Source of the DNA: an uncultured Verrucomicrobiae bacterium
GTDB taxonomy: Bacteria > Verrucomicrobiota > Verrucomicrobiia > Palsa-1439
Assembly (NCBI GenBank): GCA_963812605.1
Contig: CAWEWF010000001.1
Coordinates: 576,001-640,000, forward strand
Direction: 5' to 3'
DNA length: 64,000 nt
Below the pieces are notes generated by a model. That model did no database searches, had not been told where the DNA came from, and saw only the letters and a program-made list of their open reading frames with translations. Within the stretch, counting starts at the first letter, position 1; each line of letters opens with the position of its first letter. Position numbers and translations under genes: made by a program. Below are positions 36,999 through 47,881 of this stretch, in pieces.

Positions 36999-38324
36999 AT
37001 GCAACGCTTTTTTAAAGCACCCGTTGTTACGATACTTCTGGCCGCAGTGGCCGGCGGAGCCGGCGTCTGGCGGTGGCACGAGCGAAATGGGCACAAATGG
37101 CTGTTCCGCTCGGCGCTGGTGAATCGTGGCGACCTCGTGGCCACCATCAACGCCACGGGAACGATTGAACCGGTGGAGGTCGTGGACATCGGCGCGCAGG
37201 TGGCTGGTCTGGTCACTTCCTTTGGCCAGGATACCGATGGCAAAACGATTGATTATGGCTCCATCGTTGAGGAGGGAGCCACTCTGGCAAAGATCGACGA
37301 GTCGGTGTATGTCGCCGATCTTGCCGTGTCCAAGGCGCAATTGGAGGAAGACAAAGCCGGCGAAGCGAGCGCCGCCGCCAATGTCGAAGAGATGAAGGCC
37401 AAGCTCGTCCAGGCCGACGCCGACTGGAAAAGGACGCAGGACCTCGTCCATTCCCAGTTGCTGCCGCTTTCAACGTATGATTCCACCAAGGCCAACTACG
37501 AGGTCGCCAAGGCGAGCGTCGCTGTCGCGGAAGCGGCCCTGGCCCAGGCCAGGGCGACCACGCTGCAGGCCGAAGCGCTGCTCAGCAAGGCGCAGCGGAA
37601 CGTGGATTTCTGCACGATCAAGTCACCCGTCAAAGGGGTCATCATCGACCGCCGCGTGAATATCGGACAAACCGTGGTGTCCAGTCTCAATGCGCCCAGC
37701 CTGTTTTTGATTGCGAGGGATTTGACGAAGATGCAGATCTGGGTCGCGGTGAACGAAGCCGATGTCGGCCGCATCACTCCCGGCGCGCCCGTGACGTTTG
37801 CCTGCGATGCGTTTCCGGGAAGAGAATTCAGCGGGACCGTTGGCAAGGTCCGCCTTAACGCGACCATGACACAAAACGTCGTGATGTACACCGTGGAGGT
37901 CAATACGGAGAATCCCGAGAGCATTTTGCTGCCGTACCTGACCGCCAATGTCCGTTTCGTGGTGCGAAAGGAGTCCGATGCGCTTCTGGTTCCCAACGCT
38001 GCGTTGCGATGGTCCCCGTCTTCGTTATCCGAGATCGCGCCCGAGGCCCGCTCGTGGAAACCGACGGACACGACGGAGGGAAGTGGTTCCGGCAGCGGGC
38101 CCAAGCAGAAGCAAGGCTCGAAGAAACATTTTGGCGTCGTCTGGTTGAAAGCCGGCGAGGTTGTTCGACCTCTCGAAGTGGAGCTCGGACCTTCGGACGG
38201 CGCCAGCACGGCCATTATTTCCGATAATCTGCGAGAGGGGCAGGAAATCGTGACGGGGGAGACCACGGAGATCGCCCAGGCCGGCATCCAAAATCCCTTT
38301 CTCCCACAAATCCGCAGGCGTTGA
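36999..38324 (+). CDS. efflux periplasmic adaptor (MacA-like)
   Basis: [34 protein letters not shown]. Confidence 0.9.
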   Translation: MQRFFKAPVVTILLAAVAGGAGVWRWHERNGHKWLFRSALVNRGDLVATINATGTIEPVEVVDIGAQVAGLVTSFGQDTDGKTIDYGSIVEEGATLAKIDESVYVADLAVSKAQLEEDKAGEASAAANVEEMKAKLVQADADWKRTQDLVHSQLLPLSTYDSTKANYEVAKASVAVAEAALAQARATTLQAEALLSKAQRNVDFCTIKSPVKGVIIDRRVNIGQTVVSSLNAPSLFLIARDLTKMQIWVAVNEADVGRITPGAPVTFACDAFPGREFSGTVGKVRLNATMTQNVVMYTVEVNTENPESILLPYLTANVRFVVRKESDALLVPNAALRWSPSSLSEIAPEARSWKPTDTTEGSGSGSGPKQKQGSKKHFGVVWLKAGEVVRPLEVELGPSDGASTAIISDNLREGQEIVTGETTEIAQAGIQNPFLPQIRRR

Positions 38325-38334
38325 ACGAACGGAG

Positions 38335-39714
38335 GTGAAACCTGTTGTGAAGAATGCTTACCGAATCCTGCGAATGGCCCTTCGCGCGCTGCGCCGGAAT
38401 GTCATGCGATCGGTGCTGACCTGTTTGGGGATCATTATCGGCATCGCCGCCGTCATCGCCATGATGGAAATCGGACGGGGTTCTTCCTACTCGATTGAAC
38501 AGACCATTGCCAGCCTCGGGGCCAACGTCATCCAGGTCGATCCCAATGACGCCGTGATCGGTGGAGTGAGCTCGGGAGGCGGCGGGCGGGTGACGCTCAC
38601 CCCGGCGGACGCGGAAGCGATCGTCCGGGATTGCAGTGCCGTTCGCTGGGTCGCGCCCAGCGTGGATTGCCGCGCGCAAATTGTTTACGGCAACCACAAC
38701 TGGTTTCCCAACAACGTCCTCGGCACCACCCCGGATTATCTGGTGATCCGCAAGTGGGATCTTTCCGCGGGCGAGCCATTTACCTATGACGACGTTCGCA
38801 ACGCCGCCGCGGTGTGCATCATCGGGCAAACAATTGTCCGTCAATTGTTCGGCGACGAGCCGCCGCTCGGCAAAGTGATCCGCATCAAGAATGTCGCGAC
38901 AAAAGTGGTCGGCGTCCTCAGTCGGAAAGGGGCGAACATGATGGGAAGGGACCAGGACGATTTTATTGTGGCTCCCTGGACCACCATCAAATTCCGGGTG
39001 ACTGGTTCGAGGCAGTCGGTCCAGGCGGCCGCGGCCTCGCCGGCCTCCACGTCCGTCAATACGCTCAGCCAGCTTTATCCGAATCAGCAGACGCAATTGT
39101 ATCCGCAGCAATCCGCGATTCAAGCGGCGGACACGTTGCAAATGACGCGGTTCTCCGACCTTGACGACATTTGGATATCGGCGGCGACCGCGCAGGAAAT
39201 CCCGGTGGCGATAAGCCAAATCACCGGTCTGATGCGGGACCGACATCGAATCCAGTCCGGAACACCGGATGACTTCCGGATTCGCGACCTGACCGAACTT
39301 TCCCAGGCGTTGGCGTCCACCAGCCGGGTCATGACCAATTTGCTCTTGATCGTGGCGCTGATTTCACTGGTGGTGGGAGGGGTCGGCATCATGAATATCA
39401 TGCTGGTGTCAGTGACCGAACGGACGCGCGAGATCGGGATCCGCATGGCCGTGGGAGGGCGCGCGCGCGATATCCTGAGACAATTTCTGGTCGAGGCGGT
39501 CGTGCTTTGCGTTGCCGGCGGTATCGTCGGGATTCTGTTGGGTCGCGGGGTATCGGTCGCGGTGACCGCATTCCTCCACTGGCCGACCATGCCCTCGGTG
39601 CCCGCGATCATCGCCGCCGTTGCGGTATCGATGACCGTCGGCATTGTGTTCGGCTTTTATCCGGCCTGGAAAGCATCGCGCCTCGACCCGATTGAGGCCC
39701 TGCGCTACGAATAA
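38335..39714 (+). CDS. MacB-family ABC permease
   Basis: [49 protein letters not shown]. Confidence 0.93.
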   Translation: MKPVVKNAYRILRMALRALRRNVMRSVLTCLGIIIGIAAVIAMMEIGRGSSYSIEQTIASLGANVIQVDPNDAVIGGVSSGGGGRVTLTPADAEAIVRDCSAVRWVAPSVDCRAQIVYGNHNWFPNNVLGTTPDYLVIRKWDLSAGEPFTYDDVRNAAAVCIIGQTIVRQLFGDEPPLGKVIRIKNVATKVVGVLSRKGANMMGRDQDDFIVAPWTTIKFRVTGSRQSVQAAAASPASTSVNTLSQLYPNQQTQLYPQQSAIQAADTLQMTRFSDLDDIWISAATAQEIPVAISQITGLMRDRHRIQSGTPDDFRIRDLTELSQALASTSRVMTNLLLIVALISLVVGGVGIMNIMLVSVTERTREIGIRMAVGGRARDILRQFLVEAVVLCVAGGIVGILLGRGVSVAVTAFLHWPTMPSVPAIIAAVAVSMTVGIVFGFYPAWKASRLDPIEALRYE

Positions 39715-39750
39715 TCGGCGCCGGCGTGTTGGCTAAACAAAAGAGATTGC

Positions 39751-40709
39751 CTACTTCTTCCCAAGTTTTGCGCGCACATCGTCGAGCTGTCCGGCGGAGC
39801 CGAGCGCCTGGTTCTTGTGCGCGATCATCTTGGCGTACTCTTCGATGTAAATCTTGCCCGGATCACGGAGGTCGAATTTGTCGGGATGGTCGCGGAAGAA
39901 CTCGCGATGCACGCGCGTCCAAACGAGGCGGCCGTCGGTGTCGATGTTGACCTTGCAGACGCCGAGCTTGGCGGCCGGGAGGAAATCTCCCTCGGGTACG
40001 CCGCTGGTCTCTTCCATCTTGCCGCCCGCCTTGTTGATGCGATCCACTTCGTCCTTCGGCACGCTCGAGCTGCCGTGCATGACCATCGGGAACACCGGGG
40101 AGCAACTTCTGGATCTTTTCGATGACGTCAAAATGCAGGCCGAATTTCTTGCCGGGTTCGGCCTTGAACTTGTAAGCGCCATGGCTGGTGCCGATGGCCA
40201 CGGCGAGGGAATCGCACTTCGTCGTCTCGACAAAGGTCTTCGCTTCGTCGGGGTTGGTGAGGGAGACGTGGCCGACGATGTCTTCCTCGACGCCGCCCAG
40301 CATGCCCAGTTCCGCTTCGACCGACACGCCGCGGGCGTGTGCCTTGTCCACGACGCGTTTGGTGATTTCGGCGTTTTTATCGAAGGGTTCGTGACTGGCA
40401 TCAATCATCACCGAGCTGTAGAAGCCGGACGCGATGCAGTCGTAACAGGTCGGCTCGTCGCCGTGGTCGAGATGGACCGCAAAAATCGCCTCCGGGAAGA
40501 CTTCCTGGGAGGTGCGGATCATCGCTTCGAGATAGCGTTTGTCGGTGTATTTCCGCGCGCCCGCGGCTGAGTTGGATGATGAAGGGCGCCTTGCTCTGGA
40601 CATTGCCCTGGAACAGGCCGACGGTTTGTTCCAAATTATTGATGTTGTAAGCGCCGAGGGCATATTTGCCGTAGGCGATCTTGAACAGTTGTGCGGTGGT
40701 GACGATCAT
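39751..40709 (-). CDS. fba: class II fructose-bisphosphate aldolase, with two apparent frameshifts (near 40561 and 40089)
   Basis: GAYNINN, HLDHG, VEAELG, IGTSHGAYK, VMHGSS and KVNIDTD spread over three frames. Confidence 0.9.
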
Positions 40710-40761
40710 TGCAAATTCTCCTTATAAAACAACAAGTGCGCCTGGCGTGCTCGCCACTGGG

Positions 40762-40790
40762 ACAGTAGCGAACACGCGCCCGCGCGTCAA
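40762..40790 (-). promoter_or_regulatory. sigma70-type promoter for fba, overlapped by an inverted repeat
   Basis: minus strand TTGACG-17 nt-TACTGT; inverted repeat with 15-bp arms at 40745-40777. Confidence 0.55.
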
Positions 40791-40805
40791 ACTTGATTTC
40801 CGTTG

Positions 40806-41150
40806 TTACTCGGCGGCCTCGAACAGGTCAAACTGATTGCCGTCGGGGTCCAGGACAGTGATGAGTTTGCCGAAGGGCTCGTCCTTGACGTCACCGCTGA
40901 ATTCCACGCCGCGTTCCTTGAGCGTGGCCACGGTGGCATTGATGTCATCGACCAGCAGGCTCAGGAACGGATTGCGGGCGCCGCCGGCCGGCTCGGCTTG
41001 CATCAGGCCGAGATGGACGGCGTTGAGATCGACCTCCGCCCAATTCGCTTCGCGATAGGCGATCTTCAAGCCAAGTTTCTTCTCGAAGAAGTCGCAGGAG
41101 CGATTGATGTCGGAGACTTTGAAAACGATAGTGGCAATGCCTTTAATCAT
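40806..41150 (-). CDS. VOC/glyoxalase family protein
   Basis: VSDINRSCDFF...LGL...VDDINA...DPDGNQF. Confidence 0.9.
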   Translation of the reverse strand: MIKGIATIVFKVSDINRSCDFFEKKLGLKIAYREANWAEVDLNAVHLGLMQAEPAGGARNPFLSLLVDDINATVATLKERGVEFSGDVKDEPFGKLITVLDPDGNQFDLFEAAE

Positions 41151-41159
41151 TTGGATTCC

Positions 41160-43379
41160 TTAGTAGGGTAGGGGGAACTTCGCGGTTATGGCCCGGACTT
41201 TTTCCTTTACGTTGGCCTGGACGGTTGCATCGTCGGGTTTTTCCAGCACTTCGGTGATGAGCGCGGCGATTTGCTCCATCTCGATTTCCTTCATCCCGCG
41301 GGTGGTAACGGCCGGCGTGCCGAGACGGATGCCGCTGGTGACCAGCGGTTTTTCGGGATCGTAGGGGATGAGGTTTTTGTTCGTGGTGATCCCGGCGCGA
41401 TCGAGTGATTCCTGGGCGATCTTGCCCGTGAGTTTCTTCGGGCGCAGGTCCACGAGCATCAAATGGTTGTCGGTCCCGCCACTGACAATGCGGAAACCGA
41501 GCGTCGCCAGGGCCGCCGCGAGGGACTTCGCGTTCTTCACGATCTGCCGCTGGTAATCCTGGAAATCGGGTTTCATCGCTTCGAGGAAACAGACGGCCTT
41601 GGCGGCGATGATGTGCATGAGCGGGCCGCCCTGGATGCCGGGGAGGACCCAACTGTCGATGTCCTTGGCGTATTTTGCCTTGCAGAGGATCAAGCCCGCC
41701 CGTGGCCCGCGCAGGGTCTTGTGGGTCGTGGTGGTGACGAAATCAGCGAGCGGCACCGGGCTGGGATGGATCCCGGCGGCGACCAGGCCCGCGATGTGGG
41801 CCATGTCGACGAACAGCAACGCGCCGACGCTATCGGCAATCTCGCGCATCCGCTTGAAATCGATGATGCGCGAATAGGCGCTGGCGCCGGCGGTGATCAT
41901 TTTCGGACGACAATCCTGCGCGAGTTTCGCGAGTTGATCGTAGTCGATGGTTTCATTGTCCTGGCGCACGCCGTAGTGGACAACTTTGTAAAAGCGCCCG
42001 GAAAAGTTGCGCGGCGAACCGTGCGTGAGATGGCCGCCGTGGGCGAGTTCCATCGTCAGGATCGTGTCGCCGTGCTGGAGCGAGGCGAAATACACGGCCA
42101 TGTTCGCCTGCGAACCCGAGTGCGGCTGGACGTTGGCATGTTCGGCCCCGAAAAGTTGTTTGGCGCGGTCGATGGCGAGTTGCTCGGCAATGTCCACGTA
42201 TTCACAGCCGCCATAATAGCGGCGGCCGGGATAACCTTCCGCGTATTTATTCGTCAGTACCGTACCGGCGGCTTCGAGGATGGCCGGCGAGACGAAATTC
42301 TCGCTGGCAATCAATTCGATATTTTCCTGCTGCCGTTGTTTCTCGCGCTGGACGGCATTGAAAATTTCGGGATCGGCCACGGCGAGCGCGGAATTTTTTT
42401 TCGCGGGCAGGGAGGTTGGGTTCATGATGGGTGGATGGTCCATTTCGTCAACGCGGCGCGCGTGGCGGCCGCCATCAAAGCTTGTGTGCAGCCAGACATC
42501 CAGGAGTTGTTTGGCCTGCTCGGCATCGAGATCGATCCCGGACAGCACGAGGACATTGGCATCGTTGTGCTCGCGGCTGAGGCGGGCCCAATGCTCGTTG
42601 CTGACCATGGCGGCGCGCACGCCGGGAAAACGGTTGGCGGCAATGCTCATGCCGATGCCACTCTTGCAGATCAACACGCCGCGGTCGAAATTGCCGGCGA
42701 GCAGTTCGCGCGCGACGATAAACGCGTATTCGGGGTAATCGACAGGGTCGGTGGTGTGCGTGCCGAAATCCGCGAACACATACCCTTGTTGCGCTAGCCA
42801 GTCTTTCAAGGCGGCTTTGATCTCGACGCCGCCGTGGTCGCCGGCCAGGGCGATGCGCAGGGCGCGCGCCTCATCGCTCGTGGCGGCGGTGACTTCCCGG
42901 GTCGCCTGGCCGGTCGTGCCGGCGGTCTGCTCGATAAAGACGATCAGGCTCGGCAACGCGTCGCGGATTTGGTCGCGGGTGCGACGGTACACGTCGATCG
43001 ATTGGCCAATCGGGTCGGCAATGTCCTTGTTCTCGGTCGTGCGCAATTCCTCGAATTCCCGGACGAGAAACGTTTTCTCGGCCGCCCCGGGATGGAGCGC
43101 CTGGATCGCATCGTAGTGCTGGCGGGTCATGGTCAGGATAAAATCGGCCTGGCGCACGAGTTCACTGCCGAGGGGTTGGCTGACATGCGAGGAAATGTCG
43201 ATCCCGAGTTCCGCCATCACGTCGATGGCCGCATCCGTGGCCGCCATGCCTTCCAGCGCGCCCAAACCGGCCGAAGCGACCTGGATATCGGTGTGGCCGC
43301 GCAACATGTGCCGGAGCAAGCCCTCCGCCATGGGGCTGCGGCAAACATTACCGGTGCAAACGAAGAGAATCTTCTTCAT
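41160..43379 (-). CDS. glyA: fusion of LMW phosphatase, ribose-5-phosphate isomerase B and serine hydroxymethyltransferase
   Basis: [14 protein letters not shown]...DPIG; GDHGG...DYP...SGIG...HNDAN...GGRH; LIASEN...NKYAEGYPG...[11 protein letters not shown], all in one 739-aa frame. Confidence 0.93.
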   Translation of the reverse strand: MKKILFVCTGNVCRSPMAEGLLRHMLRGHTDIQVASAGLGALEGMAATDAAIDVMAELGIDISSHVSQPLGSELVRQADFILTMTRQHYDAIQALHPGAAEKTFLVREFEELRTTENKDIADPIGQSIDVYRRTRDQIRDALPSLIVFIEQTAGTTGQATREVTAATSDEARALRIALAGDHGGVEIKAALKDWLAQQGYVFADFGTHTTDPVDYPEYAFIVARELLAGNFDRGVLICKSGIGMSIAANRFPGVRAAMVSNEHWARLSREHNDANVLVLSGIDLDAEQAKQLLDVWLHTSFDGGRHARRVDEMDHPPIMNPTSLPAKKNSALAVADPEIFNAVQREKQRQQENIELIASENFVSPAILEAAGTVLTNKYAEGYPGRRYYGGCEYVDIAEQLAIDRAKQLFGAEHANVQPHSGSQANMAVYFASLQHGDTILTMELAHGGHLTHGSPRNFSGRFYKVVHYGVRQDNETIDYDQLAKLAQDCRPKMITAGASAYSRIIDFKRMREIADSVGALLFVDMAHIAGLVAAGIHPSPVPLADFVTTTTHKTLRGPRAGLILCKAKYAKDIDSWVLPGIQGGPLMHIIAAKAVCFLEAMKPDFQDYQRQIVKNAKSLAAALATLGFRIVSGGTDNHLMLVDLRPKKLTGKIAQESLDRAGITTNKNLIPYDPEKPLVTSGIRLGTPAVTTRGMKEIEMEQIAALITEVLEKPDDATVQANVKEKVRAITAKFPLPY

Positions 43380-43428
43380 GGATTTTGTTGGCCTGCCAGG
43401 CAGGCTGGCCGGGTCGTTTCGACGGGTC

Positions 43429-44577
43429 TCATTGCCAGGTCAGCAGGACGCGGATGCCCTTCAAAATGTCCACGGCGCGCTGCAGCACCACGTCGCGCAC
43501 GTTTTGGATCTCATCTTCCTCTTCATGTTCCTTGTCCGTCGCCGACTGGTCGGCGTTCGTCGATGCTGCACGGATTGGCAGCTCGCTATCGATCGACTGG
43601 CCGTGGAATACCTTGACCAACTCGGCTTCCGTCAGCCCCTTCTTGTTCACACGGGGCTGCAGGCTCGCGGTCAGGGTTTCATTGGTCTGCACGGTCAGCA
43701 CCACGTCGCGCTCCGTCTTTGGATCGATCTTCACGGCAACGTCCGGTGTGAGGCCGTCAGGGAACAGGTTGACAGGTTGCGTCGCGTCCTGCGGGGGCGC
43801 GAGCACGATCTTCGCGGTGGCGATGCGCAGGATCCGTCCATCGCTCAGCTTCACCTCTTGCCAGGCGGCGGCGGAACCGGCGGTTTTGGAGCCGATAACG
43901 ATCCCGCGATCCTCGGTGCGCAACGCCCCGGCCAGGGCTTCGGCGCTGCCGCGCGTTTCCTTGTTTACCAGCAACATCAGCGGGGCGGAAGTCAGGTCCA
44001 TCCCCCCCAGTGAGGCCGGTTTGACATCCGCGCCGGCGTGAAAGACTTGCGGGGCCTTTTCCGAACTTTTCAGCGTGAACAACTCCTGTCCGTCGTTCAA
44101 GAAGCGGCTGGCGATGGCAGCGGTGGCGGCGAAATTCGTGCCGTCCGCATAACGCAGATCGAGCACGAAGCCGGTGACTTTCTGGTCAGCGAATTTCTTC
44201 AGTTCCGCATCCAGCGCGGCGGGCGTTCCATCGGTCACCTCCGCGAGGCGGATGTAGCCGATGTCGGGGCCGATGACTTCCGCGCGCGCGAGGGGTACAG
44301 TCGGCTGCGGCTCGGCCGCGGCATTTGTCGACGGTGATTCCGGTTCGACAATCACGACACCGCGTCCCATGGCTTCGAGGATGCCCGTGACCGTGGCTTC
44401 GTTCAGCAGTTTCTCATTGAGTTTGTCGCGGTCGACATAATTCGATTTGAGAATGCTGATGACTTCCGCCGTCGGTCGCAACGACGCGCCGGCATCGGCG
44501 GCGCGGCACGGCGGAGCGGCGCCGGTCACCACCAACAAAAGACCCGCGGTAATTCCAACAACAATTGTCTTCATCAT
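43429..44577 (-). CDS. S41 peptidase-like exported protein with apparently degenerate active site
   Basis: [46 protein letters not shown]. Confidence 0.75.
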   Translation of the reverse strand: MMKTIVVGITAGLLLVVTGAAPPCRAADAGASLRPTAEVISILKSNYVDRDKLNEKLLNEATVTGILEAMGRGVVIVEPESPSTNAAAEPQPTVPLARAEVIGPDIGYIRLAEVTDGTPAALDAELKKFADQKVTGFVLDLRYADGTNFAATAAIASRFLNDGQELFTLKSSEKAPQVFHAGADVKPASLGGMDLTSAPLMLLVNKETRGSAEALAGALRTEDRGIVIGSKTAGSAAAWQEVKLSDGRILRIATAKIVLAPPQDATQPVNLFPDGLTPDVAVKIDPKTERDVVLTVQTNETLTASLQPRVNKKGLTEAELVKVFHGQSIDSELPIRAASTNADQSATDKEHEEEDEIQNVRDVVLQRAVDILKGIRVLLTWQ

Positions 44578-44623
44578 ACCTCGTAAGATCAAGCTTTGCT
44601 CCGACAGCCCCTGGCTGTCGGCG

Positions 44624-45895
44624 TTATGTTCGTATCGCCCGGGCCGCAATATCGCGGCGAAACTGCATGCCGTCAAAGTGAATTCTCTGGACCGCTTCAT
44701 ACGCCCGGCGCGCGGCGCTCTCAATGCTCCCGCCGAGCGCGGTGACGCCCAGGACCCGTCCGCCATCCGTGACGATTTGGCCGGCGGCGTTCTGCCGTGT
44801 ACCCCCGTGGAACACGCAAACCTTATCCAACTCGGCGGCATCTTTCAACCCCGCAATCGGCTGGTCGCGTTCGTACAGTCCGGGATAGCCGCCGGCGGCC
44901 AGCACCACACAGACGGCGGATTCCTTCTTCCATGCCAGCGGCAGACGGTCAAGCCGGCCGTCGATTGTGGCTTCCGCCGCATCGAGCAGGTCGAAATCCA
45001 TTCGCGGCAGCACGACCTGGGTTTCGGGATCGCCGAAACGGCAATTGAATTCGAGCACCTGCGGCCCGCGCTCGGTGATCATGAGTCCCGCGTACAACAC
45101 GCCGCGGTATTCGATGCCTTCGGCCCGCAATCCCGCCAGTGTTTGCCGAAAAATCCCGTCAATCTGCTTTGTAAGCAACTCGTTCAGCAGCGGCGTGGGC
45201 GAATATGCCCCCATGCCGCCGGTGTTCGGGCCGCGGTCGCCGTCCAGCGCGCGTTTGTGGTCCTGCGCCGACGCCAGCACCTGGAAGGATTGGCCGTCGA
45301 CAAGCGCCATGACGGAAAGTTCTTCACCGCGCAGGCATTCCTCGAGAATGATTTGCGCGCCCGCCGCGCCAAAGATTCTGCGTTCCATGATTTCCGTGAT
45401 GGCTTGCTCGGCTTCAGCAGTTGTGGACGCGACGATCACGCCTTTGCCGGCGGCCAGGCCATCGGCCTTGACGACCACCGGCGCACCGATCTTGCGCAGA
45501 TGGGCGCGGGCGGCGTCTGTGTCATCGAAGATGGCTGCGGCGGCGGTGGGAACGTGGTGCTTGAGAAGAATCTGCTTGCTGAAAACCTTGCTGCCTTCCA
45601 ATTGGGCCGCGCGCTGGTTGGGGCCGAACACACGGAGGCCCCGACGTTGAAAAACATCAACAATGCCGGCGCACAAGGGTCCCTCGGGGCCGACCACGGT
45701 AAGATCGACCTTCTGTGCGACGGCGAACGCCGCCAACTGGTCGATCTCCATGGCCGGGATGGGCACGCATTCGGCCAGGGCGGCAATGCCGGCGTTGCCC
45801 GGCGCGCAAAAGAGTTTGGTAACGCGCGGGCTTTGGGTGATTTTCCATGCGAGCGCGTGTTCGCGCCCGCCGCTGCCAATGATCAGGATTCTCAT
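44624..45895 (-). CDS. purD: phosphoribosylamine--glycine ligase
   Basis: GSGGREHAL, KADGLAAGKGV, QDHKR, GPNTGGMG, EFNCRFGDPE. Confidence 0.97.
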   Translation of the reverse strand: MRILIIGSGGREHALAWKITQSPRVTKLFCAPGNAGIAALAECVPIPAMEIDQLAAFAVAQKVDLTVVGPEGPLCAGIVDVFQRRGLRVFGPNQRAAQLEGSKVFSKQILLKHHVPTAAAAIFDDTDAARAHLRKIGAPVVVKADGLAAGKGVIVASTTAEAEQAITEIMERRIFGAAGAQIILEECLRGEELSVMALVDGQSFQVLASAQDHKRALDGDRGPNTGGMGAYSPTPLLNELLTKQIDGIFRQTLAGLRAEGIEYRGVLYAGLMITERGPQVLEFNCRFGDPETQVVLPRMDFDLLDAAEATIDGRLDRLPLAWKKESAVCVVLAAGGYPGLYERDQPIAGLKDAAELDKVCVFHGGTRQNAAGQIVTDGGRVLGVTALGGSIESAARRAYEAVQRIHFDGMQFRRDIAARAIRT

Positions 45896-45963
45896 CGCGA
45901 GGCCAAGCGCCACTGTAGGTGAAACTTTCCGCGACGGTCAATCCCGGAAACCATGACGGCTGG

Positions 45964-46680
45964 CTATTGGATCGCCTTGATTTTCAGGGGCGCATCGGTT
46001 TGATCGGAACCATGCAGCACCATGGTCGGCTTCCCGTGTTTGAATGTCCCCGACAGCGAACTGTGAACGGTGTCTGGCCCGGGAAACGTGCGATCGATGG
46101 ATACGGTAAGCTTGTCGTGCGAAGTGGCGATAATTACGCCGCTCAAGGTGTAGGAGCCGGTATCACTGAGTCCCTGGCCCGTCACGTCGAAGACCGCCGG
46201 GAAATTCGTTGCCGGAGAGATCGTGTAGGTTTCGGCGAGGGTCTTTCCCAAACGGGAAACCTCTGCGGTCCAAAAGCCGCTGAGATCGGGAAAGTCTGTC
46301 GCCTTTTCTCCCTGGTAGCGGAAGCGGTGAGCGGTGCCCTTGCCCTTGGCGACGAAGCGGGTCGCACTCGTCAAATGCGCGGTCAGGCTGGCGGCGGTAT
46401 TGGTGCCCCCGAACGATTGGAGAGAGGCGACCACAACATCGCCGTGACTATCGAAGCCCCAATTGCCCGTAAGCGTAAAGAGGCCCGATTCCTTCCGCGT
46501 AATTCCATAGCCGCTGACCGTGAAATCGTTGGAGAAGGTCAGCATCTCGTTGCCCCGATCCACGCCCAGGATGGTGATTTCCCACGAACCGACGGGTGTA
46601 AGACTCTGTCCGCGAGCGATAGCCGGCTGGAAAACCAAAACGGCCGCAAACAGGCCAAAAATCAAAATCGACTGCTTCAT
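45964..46680 (-). CDS. hypothetical exported beta-rich protein
   Basis: GGAGG RBS, signal peptide, two similar halves (G.W...F.V.G.G...TL.G). Confidence 0.7.
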   Translation of the reverse strand: MKQSILIFGLFAAVLVFQPAIARGQSLTPVGSWEITILGVDRGNEMLTFSNDFTVSGYGITRKESGLFTLTGNWGFDSHGDVVVASLQSFGGTNTAASLTAHLTSATRFVAKGKGTAHRFRYQGEKATDFPDLSGFWTAEVSRLGKTLAETYTISPATNFPAVFDVTGQGLSDTGSYTLSGVIIATSHDKLTVSIDRTFPGPDTVHSSLSGTFKHGKPTMVLHGSDQTDAPLKIKAIQ

Positions 46681-46786
46681 TACTTCCTCCTTGTTGTTAC
46701 GAACGTCCCCAAAGAAGTTTGTAATATTTTTGGCGCGAGGTGGCAACCGAAAAGAATGGCGAGAGCCGCGTTGGGGACAGTCTGAT

Positions 46787-47878
46787 TCAGGGCGAATTTT
46801 TCCCAAGAATGGCCACGGCCATCGCCAGCGCCTTCTCGTAGACCTTATCGCGCGAGCCCCGGTCGAGTTCCTGCGACAAGAGCGAGGCGTCGTCGGTTGG
46901 CCAGAAGGCGCGCTTGCGCGGCAGGCCGCAGGCGTTGGGCATGTCAATCGTCGCGCTGGCGGTGCTCTCACCGTGGTTCTTGCGGATCGAAAACGTGGCG
47001 TTGTCCGTCTGGATGGCGATCGACAGGAGGCCCACCGAGGTTGCGTCACGGTCCTCGCGAGCGGAGAGGTGGATTTTCTCCGCAGCCTCGTCCACGGGCC
47101 AGTTCAATTGCGCGGCGATCCAGGAACTGTACAGGAGCGCCCGCAGCCCGGCACCGGGACCGCGACCGTGGACGATGTCGACGGCGCGAATCTGCGCCAG
47201 CTCGATCCGACAGTTTGGTTCGTCGAAGAATTCCGCGGCGAGACGGCGCCACAAACCGAGGCGGGTCCAACTCAGGTCGGCGAAACTGCCACGGGGGTGC
47301 TCGGCGATGGCGCGGGCCAGGGCGGCCAACTGCGATTGTGGATCTGTCCAGGTCGACGTGTCGTAAATCACCCGGTCGGCCACGGCCACGAGGCGACGGA
47401 AGAGAGCGATTCTCTTCAGGAAATCACCCTGCCACCAAATAACGGTGGGCAGGTCGGATTCCAGCAGGGGCAGGACCGCCGCGCCCAGGTGCACGATGGC
47501 CGGGCCGCTGGCATGAATCGCGATTTGTTCGCAGCAAACTTGTTTTTGCCCGGTGCCGGCGAGATGGCAATGGGCGGAGATCGAAGCCGACAGTTCCGCT
47601 GTCGCAACATCCGGCTGCACCACCAGCACGATCGCCCGGCACGGATGCTGGCTGGTGAGCGTGCTAATCACCTCGCCGGCGTGCGCGGATTCCTCGTCGG
47701 TTTCGCAGAACACGATGAAATTGAAAAGGCAGGCACGGGTGATCTGGCGTTGCGACGGGTCTTTCTCGGATTCCGCCGCGAGTTGCCAGAGTTCGTGAAG
47801 CTGGCGCTCGATCTGCGCCACGTCCACGGCGGTCTCAACGCCGGCGGTGAAGGTTTCGAGTTGGGCATTGTTGGGCAT
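46787..47878 (-). CDS. opcA: glucose-6-phosphate dehydrogenase assembly protein
   Basis: HPCRAI, VCCEQI, LLESDLPTVIWW, DLSWTRL; downstream of zwf. Confidence 0.9.
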   Translation of the reverse strand: MPNNAQLETFTAGVETAVDVAQIERQLHELWQLAAESEKDPSQRQITRACLFNFIVFCETDEESAHAGEVISTLTSQHPCRAIVLVVQPDVATAELSASISAHCHLAGTGQKQVCCEQIAIHASGPAIVHLGAAVLPLLESDLPTVIWWQGDFLKRIALFRRLVAVADRVIYDTSTWTDPQSQLAALARAIAEHPRGSFADLSWTRLGLWRRLAAEFFDEPNCRIELAQIRAVDIVHGRGPGAGLRALLYSSWIAAQLNWPVDEAAEKIHLSAREDRDATSVGLLSIAIQTDNATFSIRKNHGESTASATIDMPNACGLPRKRAFWPTDDASLLSQELDRGSRDKVYEKALAMAVAILGKNSP

Positions 47879-47881
47879 GGC

